DNA from: Priapulus caudatus
Lineage: Eukaryota
Direction of reading: 5' to 3'
Length of the DNA stretch: 20,000 nt
Assembly (NCBI RefSeq): GCF_000485595.1
Contig: NW_014577061.1
Coordinates: 1,155,615-1,175,614, forward strand
The first letter of the stretch is position 1; the number at the start of each line of letters is the position of its first letter. Shown here piece after piece: positions 1 through 10,574 of this stretch. The position numbers were made by a program, and so were the translations under genes. The notes beneath the pieces are model-generated. The model saw nothing but the letters and a program-made list of their open reading frames with translations, did not search any database and had not been told where the DNA came from.

Positions 1-612
1 AGCACGTGACTGCCAGATGCATATAGTCTCTCAAAAAGCATAAGTGCTATGGGGGAGCAGTGGAATCTCACCAATATATCAAGCCTCTTTGCAGCAGCTA
101 GAGAATTGTCTGTTTGACGCAGAAGTGAGCATTTTACGGATTATTAACTTGACACAATGATGCTTTTGAGATGCCGGCAGAATCATGCAAATGAACTCTT
201 TAAGAAAAATGTTTCCGACTACAAATATGGGCAAAAGTCATCGGTTGCAAACATACAAAAACACGTTGAAATTTGTGAAATCTGCAATTCTTACCTGTGT
301 ATTTTATATGTATTATTATATAGTAACCTAACTGTGTACGCCTCTTGAAAAGTCATGAAAAGTGTTTGAATGAACTGCGGGTTAGAGTCTAGGGTTGAGA
401 TAGCGTTATCAGACATAGAATATGCCCAGTATGCTCAGATTGCAGAAAATGCCTTAAATTTTCAAATTTTCTGGGGCCATTGCCGAACCCGTCTAGCCAC
501 TGCATGCCTACGGCCGGGGCGCTCCCCTGCCTGCGCAGACAAGCGTTAATTTCTGCCCCCCCCCATGTCCATAATTTCATTACCGCATTGGGTTCACAGG
601 GTTGGAACCCTG
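1..612 (+). mobile_element. 3' end of a decayed hAT-like DNA transposon (transposase C-terminal remnant plus terminus)
   Basis: Frame +1, 79-174, reads SSLFAAARELSV*RRSEHFTDY*LDTMMLLRC, resembling by eye the hAT C-terminal dimerisation motif (ERLFS.AG.....RR..L.D.....LL.L), with two stops. It is followed by C-run subterminal sequence and an end ...GTTGGAACCCTG at 612 (reverse complement CAGGGTTCCAAC, a hAT-type CAGGG start). The left end is outside the window. Confidence 0.45.
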
Positions 613-723
613 ATACTCTAAGATGATCGCTAACATACTGTAACGTGTAGGCTATACAGTTTATACATACATTTAAAAAAACTCACTTCTCATGCAATTA
701 TCTGAAATTGAACAATCACTATC

Positions 724-772
724 TCTTCTTTTTCTTCTTCTTCTTCTTCTTTCTTTTTTTCTCTCTTTTTTT
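724..772. repeat. (CTT)n / poly-T low-complexity tract
   Basis: Directly visible; source of the poly-F ORF. Confidence 0.9.
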
Positions 773-780
773 TAATTCGC

Positions 781-1000
<220 letters not shown>

Positions 1001-1273
1001 GGGTGTGAACCTGGGGGCGTGTGTGCGTACGTGAATGCGTGGACGTGTGTATTCGTGCGCTCGCGTATCTGTACAGTGTGCCCTTCGCGCGACGTACACC
1101 GAATGACAACGCAAATGGCGCGCAGTGAAGCTCTCATCTATTACTGCATGAGCGTGGCATGTGGCGATCCGCGGTAGTTTGCTAATGCCGCCGATAGATG
1201 TCATCAAAACTGCTTGAAGAATGAAATCGCGAATTCGTTATAGCTTGCGTTGCATCGACATGGCTACGCTCCT

Positions 1274-1476
1274 CAGAGATGGAGTGATCCGAACCTGGTC
1301 AGGGATGGAATGATCCGAATCCGGTCAGAGACGGAATGACCTGAATCCGGTCAGAGACGCAATGACCCGAGTCCGGTCAGAGGCGGAATGACCTGAACCA
1401 GAGGCGAAATGACCCGAATCCGGTCAGAGACGCAATGACTCGAATCCGGTCAGAGACGGAATGACATGAATCCGGT
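1274..1476. repeat. 26-bp minisatellite, 8 units (one shortened to 21 bp)
   Basis: Consensus CAGAGACGGAATGACCCGAATCCGGT, head-to-tail with no spacers; 7x26+21=203 bp. Confidence 0.95.
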
Positions 1477-1618
1477 ACTCCTGTCTTGCCTGAATGTATC
1501 ACCTGATCCGCTGCCGATTAGTCAGGTGTGGCGCGAACATCGACAATTAAAGCAGACGAAAGCAGGTGAAAAACTCGCCAGATGACTGCAGACTTTATTT
1601 GTGCACTGAAATAACCTA

Positions 1619-2046
1619 CAGCCTGGCGCACATTGCCGAACATTTTCCCGAACAAATGTTCGCCCGAACAAATGTTTTTGTCTGTAATTGTGCGGGTAAA
1701 CAATTGCTGAGCGCACATTGCCGAATATTTTGCAGCGAACAACCTCGTGGCGCCGTCTAGTAGCTGTGTTGTAAAGAGTCACGTGATCGGCGCATAATTG
1801 GGCACAAAAATCATGTGACCACATATCGTGCTGCTATTGGTTACTACTTTACAAATGTTCCTAGAATTGTTCGACATTCAGCGCACATTGACGAACATTC
1901 GACGAACAATGTTCGAGATATCAAACATTTCCGATCTTCAGAAACATTGTTCGGCGACTTTTTTCACCGCACATTGCCGAACATTTCATGGAACATTGCT
2001 ACGATAATGTTTTTGAGCAAAATGTTCGGCAATGTGCGCCGGGCTG
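1619..2046. mobile_element. MITE, 428 bp, 28-bp TIRs, flanked by TA on both sides
   Basis: Left CAGCCTGGCGCACATTGCCGAACATTTT; right AAAATGTTCGGCAATGTGCGCCGGGCTG (1 mismatch). TA at 1617-1618 and 2047-2048. Internal copies of CGCACATTGCCGAA(C/T)ATT near 1712, 1882 and 1968. Confidence 0.9.
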
Positions 2047-2815
2047 TAAGCGGCTTCGCCGAAAACAAGTACTCACAATGCACGCGAGTACTCGAAAATA
2101 CTCGCAAAGGTAGTTGATCAAAAACACATACGTATCCTATAGATTTGGCCCGATTATGTACTCCCGCTTCTGGACATGCCAAATAGTGAATACATAGTAA
2201 TATGCCAAATGTAATCTAATTCACCGGACGGGCCAACGGGCAGAGATAAACGCCGAATAATTAGTGCATAGCCAGTAGTGTCTATGAGTGCTATTAAAGC
2301 ACCCAGGCCATAGTAGTGACTGGGAGCAACAGTCTACATTATGTTCGCCGAAAAGACGCTGGCTTTCGAACTCAGTGTGTACACAAGATTATACGTTTAG
2401 CGCTTGCCCGTAACGCGCTGATCATGCATGAACCGCGGTTCATTATGTAGTTGATAGGCGCGAGACAGAATATCCCGTAACACAAGCTCTCTCGACGATT
2501 TCCTAGAGAACCCGTTCCTTTATCGATAGTAATGTATGGCTAAAACTATTCACACGACAAGAAAATTCTACTTCACCGGACAAGACGCGTAATTGCATCA
2601 TCACACTACGATATTGATAAGTCCACAACAGTTTGCTGGTTGATCCCCGTTCGAGTTTCTTAAGTACATATATAGGCGCGTGTGACAGTATAGTGGCACC
2701 TATTTAATATTAATTGTCATAAACGTGGTCACTGCGTAACGTGGCGTGCCCAATTCCATCTGCATCAGTTAGCTGGGTGGTGTTGAGAAGGGGGCGTATA
2801 TATTATATACACGTA

Positions 2816-2926
2816 CATGCGCGCGCGCACGTGCGCACGCACAATCACACGCACACGCCGATGCAGACGCGCACGAACACGCACGCACACGCACGCACAC
2901 GCACGCACACGCACGCGCACATACAC
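2816..2926. repeat. (GCAC)n/(CA)n mixed microsatellite
   Basis: Directly visible. Confidence 0.9.
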
Positions 2927-3460
2927 GCCTCACCACGCATGTGCGCAGTGGCGCGCATTACAAACATCTCTAAATTATCACCACTAATTTGGGCTTCTTG
3001 CCGTTTCGATCCTATCTTCTTTTGTAACATGAAGCCGACGACCAACTGCTAACGCGCGGGTGTCACCGTAGTTACGTGTCATTGTCGCATCCTACGACAC
3101 GTCGCACACGCTACGTGACCTGCGTCGGAGCGACGTGAAAAAAGTCGCACTCGTAGAACTAGCGAGGCGTGAACGAAGATAAGTCGGCGTTGGCTTCGGA
3201 AACCTTTTCGGAAACCGGCACGGCACGAGGTCCGTGCGGAACGCGAAAGCCGCGAGAAAAATCATTAAACAGTGAGAGCCGAGGATATGTGCTAAGTGTA
3301 CGAGTGTTTCTACTTTCCACACTGTTGGGGGCGTTAATAATTCAGCGAAATTCTCCCATATGGGTCACTCGCAGGACATCTGGGAGCGCCCAACATTTCA
3401 CACACGATTAACACGCAGCGTTGCCTATACTCTTATAGTCTATATACGTTTTATACCTCC

Positions 3461-3480
3461 TATATATATATATATATATA
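3461..3480. repeat. (TA)10
   Basis: Directly visible. Confidence 0.95.
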
Positions 3481-4065
3481 CTAGTGAAAGGTCTATAGGT
3501 CTAAATGCATACCCGTCACAATATATTCTGCTTCTGGTGTGATATTGCGCACTCTCAAACACACAAACGTAGTCTGATTGTGTACAGACTGGTATATGCA
3601 GCGGGTACATTACATTCGCGGTCTTCTTCCTACATCTTTACAGATGCCTACTGAGAGAGTTTTATTATATAAATCTATGCTAGGATACATCCGCTCCAGT
3701 TTAAATGCATAATTTTCGCAAATTCTTCTTTGTCTCGGGAGATATCGCGCATGCGCAAGCACCTGTTCAGGCGTTCGATTCGGACTAACAGAAACGGGAA
3801 ATTATTGCTTGCTGAGTGACCGAGGGGTGGAAGACTGAGGGGAGGAGGTTGGGGAGATATCTGAAGAGCGGTAAAATTAGTAAGAAGCTGAGCGACGGAC
3901 ACTGGAAGCACATTGAGGGATGGGCAGAGGATGGTGTATGGAGATTTCACCCTACAGGCTAAGGGGGGGGAGGGGTCCGGGGATTTTGCTGAAAGTAACA
4001 CCTCTTCGATGCAATTTCCTGCACTGTGAGGCAGCACTATTAGACAATCTTCATCACAATAACAT

Positions 4066-4264
4066 CAGTGTTGAGTTGAATATTTTTACCATTGGGGACA
4101 CCAAAGACTAAAATACTTACTACCAAATCTGTGCTATGCACATGTCCTCACTGGGGTTACCAGTGCAGACTTACCTAGGCTAAAATACCCTTGCCCTGAA
4201 AATTCCTGAGGGGGGGGGGCGACCGCCCCGTGCTACCGACCCCCCGTTGACAACTACAGCACTG
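4066..4264. mobile_element. Possible small hAT-like MITE
   Basis: Left CAGTGTTG-AGTTG versus right CAACTACAGCACTG (imperfect inverted pair), with a G-run/C-run subterminal hairpin GGGGCGACCGCCCC. No clean 8-bp TSD. Confidence 0.35.
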
Positions 4265-4729
4265 AAATCATCTCCCCCTGAAATTTTGATAAAACGTATA
4301 TTTTACTGAGAACGTTAAAACTGCAAAAAAATATGAGAAAAACAACCAGATTTGAACCAAAAAGTGCATATTTCACCCCTTATACAAAATCTGAAATATA
4401 CTTCCGGTCGGGTCTCAGCACCCCCATCCCCCCCAAAAAAAGTAAGATGAAATAAAATTTTCCCATTCAATCCCCGTCAAAATTCAATATCCCAACTCTC
4501 AATAGGTCTATTCTAATTTTGAATAAAGCAAAGATTTAACTTTCGTGAGCAGTGATAAGACTTAACCGTATATGGGGAATGCGTCCAAAATTAATGTCAT
4601 TCTTGGAACGAGTTTCAGCCATTTTACAGTAGATGTATGTCACGTTCCATTTCTGTAATAATACATTAGGAGAGTATGAATAGCGATGACGGATTTGTAG
4701 ATAAATATCCAGTATTTATTGTCTGTAAA

Positions 4730-4839
4730 ATATTAAATTTTTCCCCATTTTCTTTCTGAAAATAGGGGGAATGAAAGCCACCCCACCTCAATAAGTGGGG
4801 GGGGGATATACCCCCATCCCCCCGCTATCTACGCCCCTG
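4730..4839 (+). mobile_element. hAT-like non-autonomous element terminus (second copy)
   Basis: Aligns with 5030-5198 and ends CCCCCCGCTATCTACGCCCCTG. Confidence 0.65.
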
Positions 4840-4913
4840 TCAGATGAACTCAAATTTGACTTTTGATATGCATACAAATATTCATAATCATAATCTTTGT
4901 TAGCAGTACTCTA

Positions 4914-5196
4914 CAGGCGCCGCGGAACGATTTTTGAAGTGGGGGTGCTCAATTTGTTACGCTCGACAGTGGCCAATGCAGGTTTTCGAGGAGGGTGGTA
5001 AGAAACAGGCGGCGGTATGCGGGTCCTCCCCCAGAAAATTTTGAATTCCCCATTTTCCTCCTGAAAGTATGGGGGGATGATTGTACACGCCATCCCCCCA
5101 CGTCAATAAATAAATGGGGGGAATGATTGTACACGCCATCCCCCCACGTCAATAAATGGGGGATGCATCCCCCCATCCCCCCGCTATCTACGCCCC

Positions 5197-5198
<2 letters not shown>
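4914..5198 (+). mobile_element. hAT-like non-autonomous fragment(s) with non-matching ends and an internal ~45-bp tandem hairpin
   Basis: Starts CAGGCGCCGCGGAACGATTTTTGAAGTGGGGGTGC and ends CTACGCCCCTG. Two units of GGGGGGATGATTGTACACGCCATCCCCCCACGTCAATAAA(TAAA)T at 5071-5157. Confidence 0.6.

Positions 5199-5202
<4 letters not shown>

Positions 5203-5264
<62 letters not shown>
5203..5264. repeat. (TG)n microsatellite
   Basis: Perfect TG run. Confidence 0.99.
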
Positions 5265-5265
<1 letters not shown>

Positions 5266-5451
5266 TTGTAACACTTGACTTCCAGTTTTGAAATGATAAT
5301 GGCTTCAAAATAACTTGTTTTACTTAACCCAAACCTAGTCATATTTCAAGCCAAGATATGCATCTTTAATTTCATATACCTTGAAGTAAGTATTTAACTA
5401 TAATAAAGTTGTTATGTCAGATTTGGAAAAAAGTGTTACAATTGTCTCCCC
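5265..5451 (+). mobile_element. Right-end fragment of the pogo/Tc1-mariner-like element seen in full at 11902-12844
   Basis: Matches 12643-12844. Ends GTGTTACAATTGTCTCCCC|TA, the inverse of TA|GGGGAGAC...ACAATTGTAACAC at 11900. Confidence 0.8.
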
Positions 5452-5453
5452 TA

Positions 5454-5570
5454 CAGTTGTCTCCGCTTTATTGGCAATCGCATAAACGACAGTTGCTATC
5501 GAAAAACAATCCTTACGCACGCTTATGTCCACCGCTTATTCGGGACCACCGCGTAATCGGGGCAGTGCCA
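5454..5570 (+). mobile_element. Possible Tigger/pogo-like left terminus
   Basis: TA|CAGTTGTCTCCGCTTTATTGGCAATCGC resembles pogo/Tigger CAGT..(T)CCGCTTAAT termini, with CCGCTTAT/CCGCGTAAT echoes at 5532-5557. No partner end found. Confidence 0.35.
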
Positions 5571-5899
5571 TGCTTTCCCACCTTCCCGATAAAGCAGGGA
5601 CCTATATCTATCTCGTCTTCGATCCGAAGACAAAGAGAGCGTGTGTCTCAACGCACCCCCTTGATGTGAACACAGATCGGCGTCATCAGTCGCAGACGGG
5701 GGGTAACAACAGGCCAATAGCTTGATAGAGAATGATATTGAATCGATTAAAGTAAACCGAAGGACTATATAGCGCCAAATTGTGCCATTCACACGTCACC
5801 AAAACCAACCCGGACCGATTTCCTGACCTACCTTCGCCCAGGCCCACAAAATTACAAGTCGACCATTAATTAACCTCGAATAAATCAATAAAACACCAC

Positions 5900-6200
5900 A
5901 CGTCTCAAACTAAGCCTTCCCAACCCCTTACTAACCAACATCTAACCTCCATCCAGCTCCCCCATCCCATCCCCCATCAAGCCCTCAGATAAACCCTGAT
6001 CCAACCCCAGCCAACGCCTACCCAACTCCTATCAACCCTACCCTAACCGGTATCCACTCCAGCCAACCTCTACCCAATTTCCAACTAACCCCCAGCCAAC
6101 CCTCAAGCAATCCACATCCAATCCCCACCCAACCCGGACCTATATCCCACTCAACTCCCACCGAACCGCCTATTTCCCATCAAACCGCCAGTCCCACAAC
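5900..6200. repeat. Degenerate C/A-rich (CCAAC/CCCTAAC-like) low-complexity tract
   Basis: The + strand is very G-poor; second copy at about 13360-13690. Confidence 0.75.
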
Positions 6201-6652
6201 TCACATCGGGGATCGAGTCGGTCGCAAGCATACGATACATCGCTGTTTGCTGTCTGAGAGTCACTCCCTAGCAGCAGCACGATTATTACAGTATGTAATT
6301 TTTTATGCTTAGTTTTATCAAGAGTCTCTAATAGAAGATTTTATTATGCACTATTATGAACTCTTGGTATTATAATACCTGAACGTATACCATCGGCATC
6401 ATAGCGCAAAAAGATTTTCCGTATAACTGTACGCACATTTCGTATTTGATAAATTCGTACATATTCTCGTGTCTTTTGTAACGTCACGCTCGTAAACACA
6501 AATATACACATCGCAGAGGAGAGTGAGAAAAGAAAAGAAGCAGACAGAGAAAGAAAGAAAGGGGAAGAAATAGAAAGAGCAAAAACAAGGAAATAAATTG
6601 TACAGAGGGTAAGGGGTAAAATAGTGAAATAAGGGGCACGAGAGGGAGAAAG

Positions 6653-6662
6653 AGATAGACAA

Positions 6663-6732
<70 letters not shown>
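6653..6732. repeat. (GATA)n microsatellite
   Basis: Directly visible. Confidence 0.98.
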
Positions 6733-6733
<1 letters not shown>

Positions 6734-6834
6734 TCGCTGGCTCGTCTCTCCATTCGGTCGACATAATTCTGAAATCTGCCCGTTCTATTCTATCCTCTCT
6801 TTCTCTCGTCACATAATAGTTGAGAATCTCTCGG

Positions 6835-6865
6835 TGTCTATCTATCTATCTCTCCTCTCTCTCTC

Positions 6866-6896
<31 letters not shown>

Positions 6897-7175
6897 CTCT
6901 CTCTATCTTCTCTTTCTTTGCTCTCTCATCTCTCCTCGACTCTTATCGCATCCCGTCGCTCTCTCATCTGCTCTTCTCCTTTCCTCTTCTCTTCTCTTCT
7001 CTCCTCTCTCTTTCTCTCTCCGTCTCTCTCCTCTTCTATTTCTATCTACTACTCTCTCTCTCGTATCTGCCTTTCTCTTCTCGCTCTCTCTCCCCCTCCG
7101 TCTCTCGTCTTCTCCTCCTCTCTCCTCTCTCTCTCTTTCTCTTCTTTCTTTCTCTCTCTCTCTCTCTCCTTCTTG
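6835..7175. repeat. Noisy (CT)n tract
   Basis: Pyrimidine dinucleotide tract with frequent indels. Confidence 0.92.
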
Positions 7176-7889
7176 TCATTCCCTATCTATGTATTTCTCA
7201 TTTTCGCCATCTTTTCCAGGCGTGTCTTTCTCAGCGTAGCCGTTTACTACACTTACATATGTGTTAGGAGTATTCCTGGCGGTAAAAATTAAGCACACAC
7301 ACGTTCAGCCGCAACGAAGATAGCAGCAAATGATATTCAAGCGAGCAGATGCGTCTGCGTTGTCGTGCCACGCCACAATGTCTCGGGTCTTGAAGAAACT
7401 ACTCACTGTGGGACTTAGCGGCACTCCGAGCTCAGACTGCGCCGCCGCAACTACGTGCCTATAGCAATATATAATAAGGTATAACAAATTCTCTCTCATG
7501 CTTTAATCATTCGGTTAATATCTAGCAACGTGGTTAGGACAACCACGAAGAACCCCTGCCTCTTCCTCGGGCCACATTCTATATAGGCACTCATAAAGCA
7601 TCCTGTCAGCTGAAGCCCTTGTGTAGAGACCAGACCCACCGAGTCAGATCCTGGAGGGAGACATAGGTCATCCAGCGGCTAAAGCTGATCGTGAGAGTGG
7701 GAAAGAGCACAACGAATATCTCCCACCAATACATACAGTAAACTCGCTTCTCCTATAGAGGAACACGTAGGTGTGCCGATTGCAGCAAGCGGAGAAATTG
7801 CTTGGTACGTGAGACGGCGACACCAACGCTTCGCTAGCCGCGGCTACAACACGATGAGAGGGGGAGGAGAAAGAGCAGTGCTGGCAGAT

Positions 7890-8470
7890 GATGGAACTAT
7901 GGATGATGATTGGATGGGGATGATGGATGGATGATCGATGATGGATGGAATAGGATGATTAATGATGGCATGGAGGATGATGATAGATGATGATGATGAT
8001 GGAGATGGATGGATAATGGATTGATGGAGGATGGATTGAGGATGATAAAGGATGATGATGATGGACCTGATGGATGGATGATGGATGTATGATGATGGAT
8101 ATGAATGGGGATGGATGGATGAAGATTGATGGATGCGAGATGGTGATGATGGATGATTGATGGATGGATTGGATGATTGATGGATGTAATTGATGGATTG
8201 ATGATTGATGATGGATGACTGGCATGGATGATGATGATAGTATGATGAGGATGGATGGATGATGGATGGATGGAGGATGATGATTGATGGATTGATTGAA
8301 TGGATGGATGAATAGATGGATGGATTGAGTATGATGATGGATGATGGAGATGGATGATGGATGATGGAGGATGATGGATTCGACATTATTGATTGATATG
8401 ATCTGGATTGATGATGGAATATGAATGGGGATGTATGGATGGATAAGACAAGATTAGATATGATAGACAG
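7890..8470. repeat. Noisy (GATG)n/(GAT)n tract
   Basis: Source of the S/I/H/P-rich 215-aa ORF. Confidence 0.92.
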
Positions 8471-8550
8471 ATAGATTAGATATATATACAAATGATTAGA
8501 CAGAATATATAGAATATATAGTATATATTAATATATATATATATAATATT

Positions 8551-8690
8551 TGTGTGTCGTGTGTGTGTTGTGGTGGTTTTTGTGTGATGTGTTGTGTGTA
8601 AGTGAGTCGTGTGTTTGTTGTGTTGGTGTGTGTGTGCTGTTGTGTGTGTGTGTGGTGTGTGTTGTGTGTGTTGTGGTGTGCGTGCGTGCA
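8551..8690. repeat. Noisy (GT)n tract preceded by a TA-rich run
   Basis: Directly visible. Confidence 0.9.
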
Positions 8691-9321
8691 GGCCGCGTGC
8701 TGGCGCGCGCGCAGTGTCTTGGTGTGGTGTCTGATACTTGGTTTAACCGTCCGTCCTGATGAGATTAATCGAAGCCCCGCACACAGAGAGTAGCCGAACA
8801 GGATACATAGAACGCACGCTGCAACCGTTGAAACCTATTAATGACTTCCTGCGATCGTACTCTCCATGCGTGCCGAAAACGACACTGCACCGCCACTCGC
8901 GCAAAAAACGCCAACAATACTTGATTTCATTTAACATTTCATCTAACTTTCGACTTTATTTAACCTCGGCATACGTGTCAATTTGGAGACGGATGGAGCG
9001 CCTTGCCGGTGACCGATGGGATATGCTAGCAATAATAATGCTTACTTTACTTTCCGCTGCAATAGATTGTTCTGAGATATAACGTACTAACCGCCCTTTG
9101 ACTACTGTACGAAATACAACTCACCTCATCTCCCTTTTACGTTCTTCTCTCCATTCTCATCATGGGCGCATATACTCGCGTATACGCGCCTTGTTTAGTT
9201 GTTCTTGTCTATTCCTTATCTCTCACTTCTTCGCGCGCGCTCTTCCACTTCCCAGTTCTGCCACCGTTTTTTCCCCCCTCTCTCTCTCTCTCTCTCTCCC
9301 TTCTCTTCCGTCCTCTCTCTC

Positions 9322-9346
9322 NNNNNNNNNNNNNNNNNNNNNNNNN
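9322..9346. other. Assembly gap, 25 N
   Basis: N run counted in the sequence. Confidence 0.99.
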
Positions 9347-9856
9347 AGCGCGCGAATATCGACTGAATACATTTTGGTATCGTGTTCGCGATTTACGGCA
9401 TTAATACTTGAGGCGCGCTGGAGCTACCGGTTGCGCTTCATCGGCCGGATTAAGACAGCGGCCGAACGAATTTATCCAGTGTGCCCCGCTGGCATGTACG
9501 CAGGTTCCCGCGAAGTGTATCCTCGAGCGCGCTACACATAGATTTCAGCTCTATTTATCGGCGACGCAGTCTCTATGCGGCCCGGGTAATAGTTTTATTT
9601 TTCTCTCGCTCGTTAGTCGGCAGAGGATATATGCCTCTCCCGCGTTGGTTCATCTCTTTCTCCGACGCTGTTCGTTCAAAGTGGCGAATGCAATAGCCTC
9701 TCAACTCATTGCTTCACACGGAGACTTTATTTATTAGCAGCTACGGTATACTATCTTAAGAACCGCTTCTCCCCCTCTCTCGCTCTCTCTCCACACCACT
9801 CTCTGGGTCTTACATTTCTCCACACTCTCTTTCTCTTATCTCTCTCTTACGTTGCT

Positions 9857-9892
<36 letters not shown>

Positions 9893-9957
9893 CCACACAC
9901 TCTCTCTTATATTCTCTCACTTCTCTCTTTCTCTTTCTCTCTCTTACTTGCTCTCTC

Positions 9958-10008
<51 letters not shown>

Positions 10009-10532
10009 TTCTCTTTCTCTCTACTCTCGAGTTTCGCAGCGTTCTTGTTGTCATGCGACACGCTTCAATACTTAATTCAGTTCTAAATATTTTCATTGCT
10101 AAACATCACACGCCGCGCGCGCTCGTATCGGTTCATAAAGATAATTGAATTTACGGTAGGAGTGATATCGTAATACGGTACACGCTCTGTAATAGATAGA
10201 AGCAGCACGTCCATCGGGGGACGCGCTTTTCTCTCATTCTCGACTTTCTGTCTAGCATGCCTGACTGTCGGTTTACCCGCCTCTTCCTCGCTTCCTCTCT
10301 CTTGACAATCATAAAATAGTCTCTATCTATCTATCTATCTACATATAGTATATATATATATTATATATATAAATATATTATCTTATTATTATCTATCTAT
10401 CTATCTATCTAGTCTCGATTATACTATCTATCTATCTATCATATCTATTCTATCTATCTATCTATCTATCTATGCTATCTATGCTATCTATTCGTATCAA
10501 TCTATCTATCATTATCTACTCTATCTTCGATC
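9347..10532 (+). repeat. Copy A of a ~1.2-kb inverted duplication (partner 14357-15534); includes CT and CTAT tracts
   Basis: For example GACTGAATACATTTTGGTATCGTGTTCGCGATTT (9361) is the reverse complement of AAATCGCGAACACGATACCAAAAATGTATTCAGTC (15491), apart from one indel. Colinear through the CT tract to the CTAT tract. Confidence 0.93.
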
Positions 10533-10534
10533 TT

Positions 10535-10537
<3 letters not shown>

Positions 10538-10571
<34 letters not shown>
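10538..10571. repeat. (GA)n microsatellite
   Basis: Perfect run. Confidence 0.97.

Positions 10572-10574
<3 letters not shown>

Noticed and set aside
1274..1476. CRISPR-like array
   Set aside because: The units are contiguous with no unique spacers, there are no cas genes, and the context is eukaryotic.
1478..1570. Hammerhead-like CCTGTC...CGAAAGCAGG
   Set aside because: No CUGANGA box, and the stem III register is broken.
3675..4037. 120-aa minus-strand ORF
   Set aside because: No recognisable domain; it lies in G-run-rich MITE-like debris.
5620..5700. Minus-strand CTGATGA as a hammerhead core
   Set aside because: Followed by GAGAC rather than GAAAC, and there is no stem I partner.
7844..8491. 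215-aa His/Ser/Ile-rich ORF
   Set aside because: It is a translation of noisy (CATC)n.
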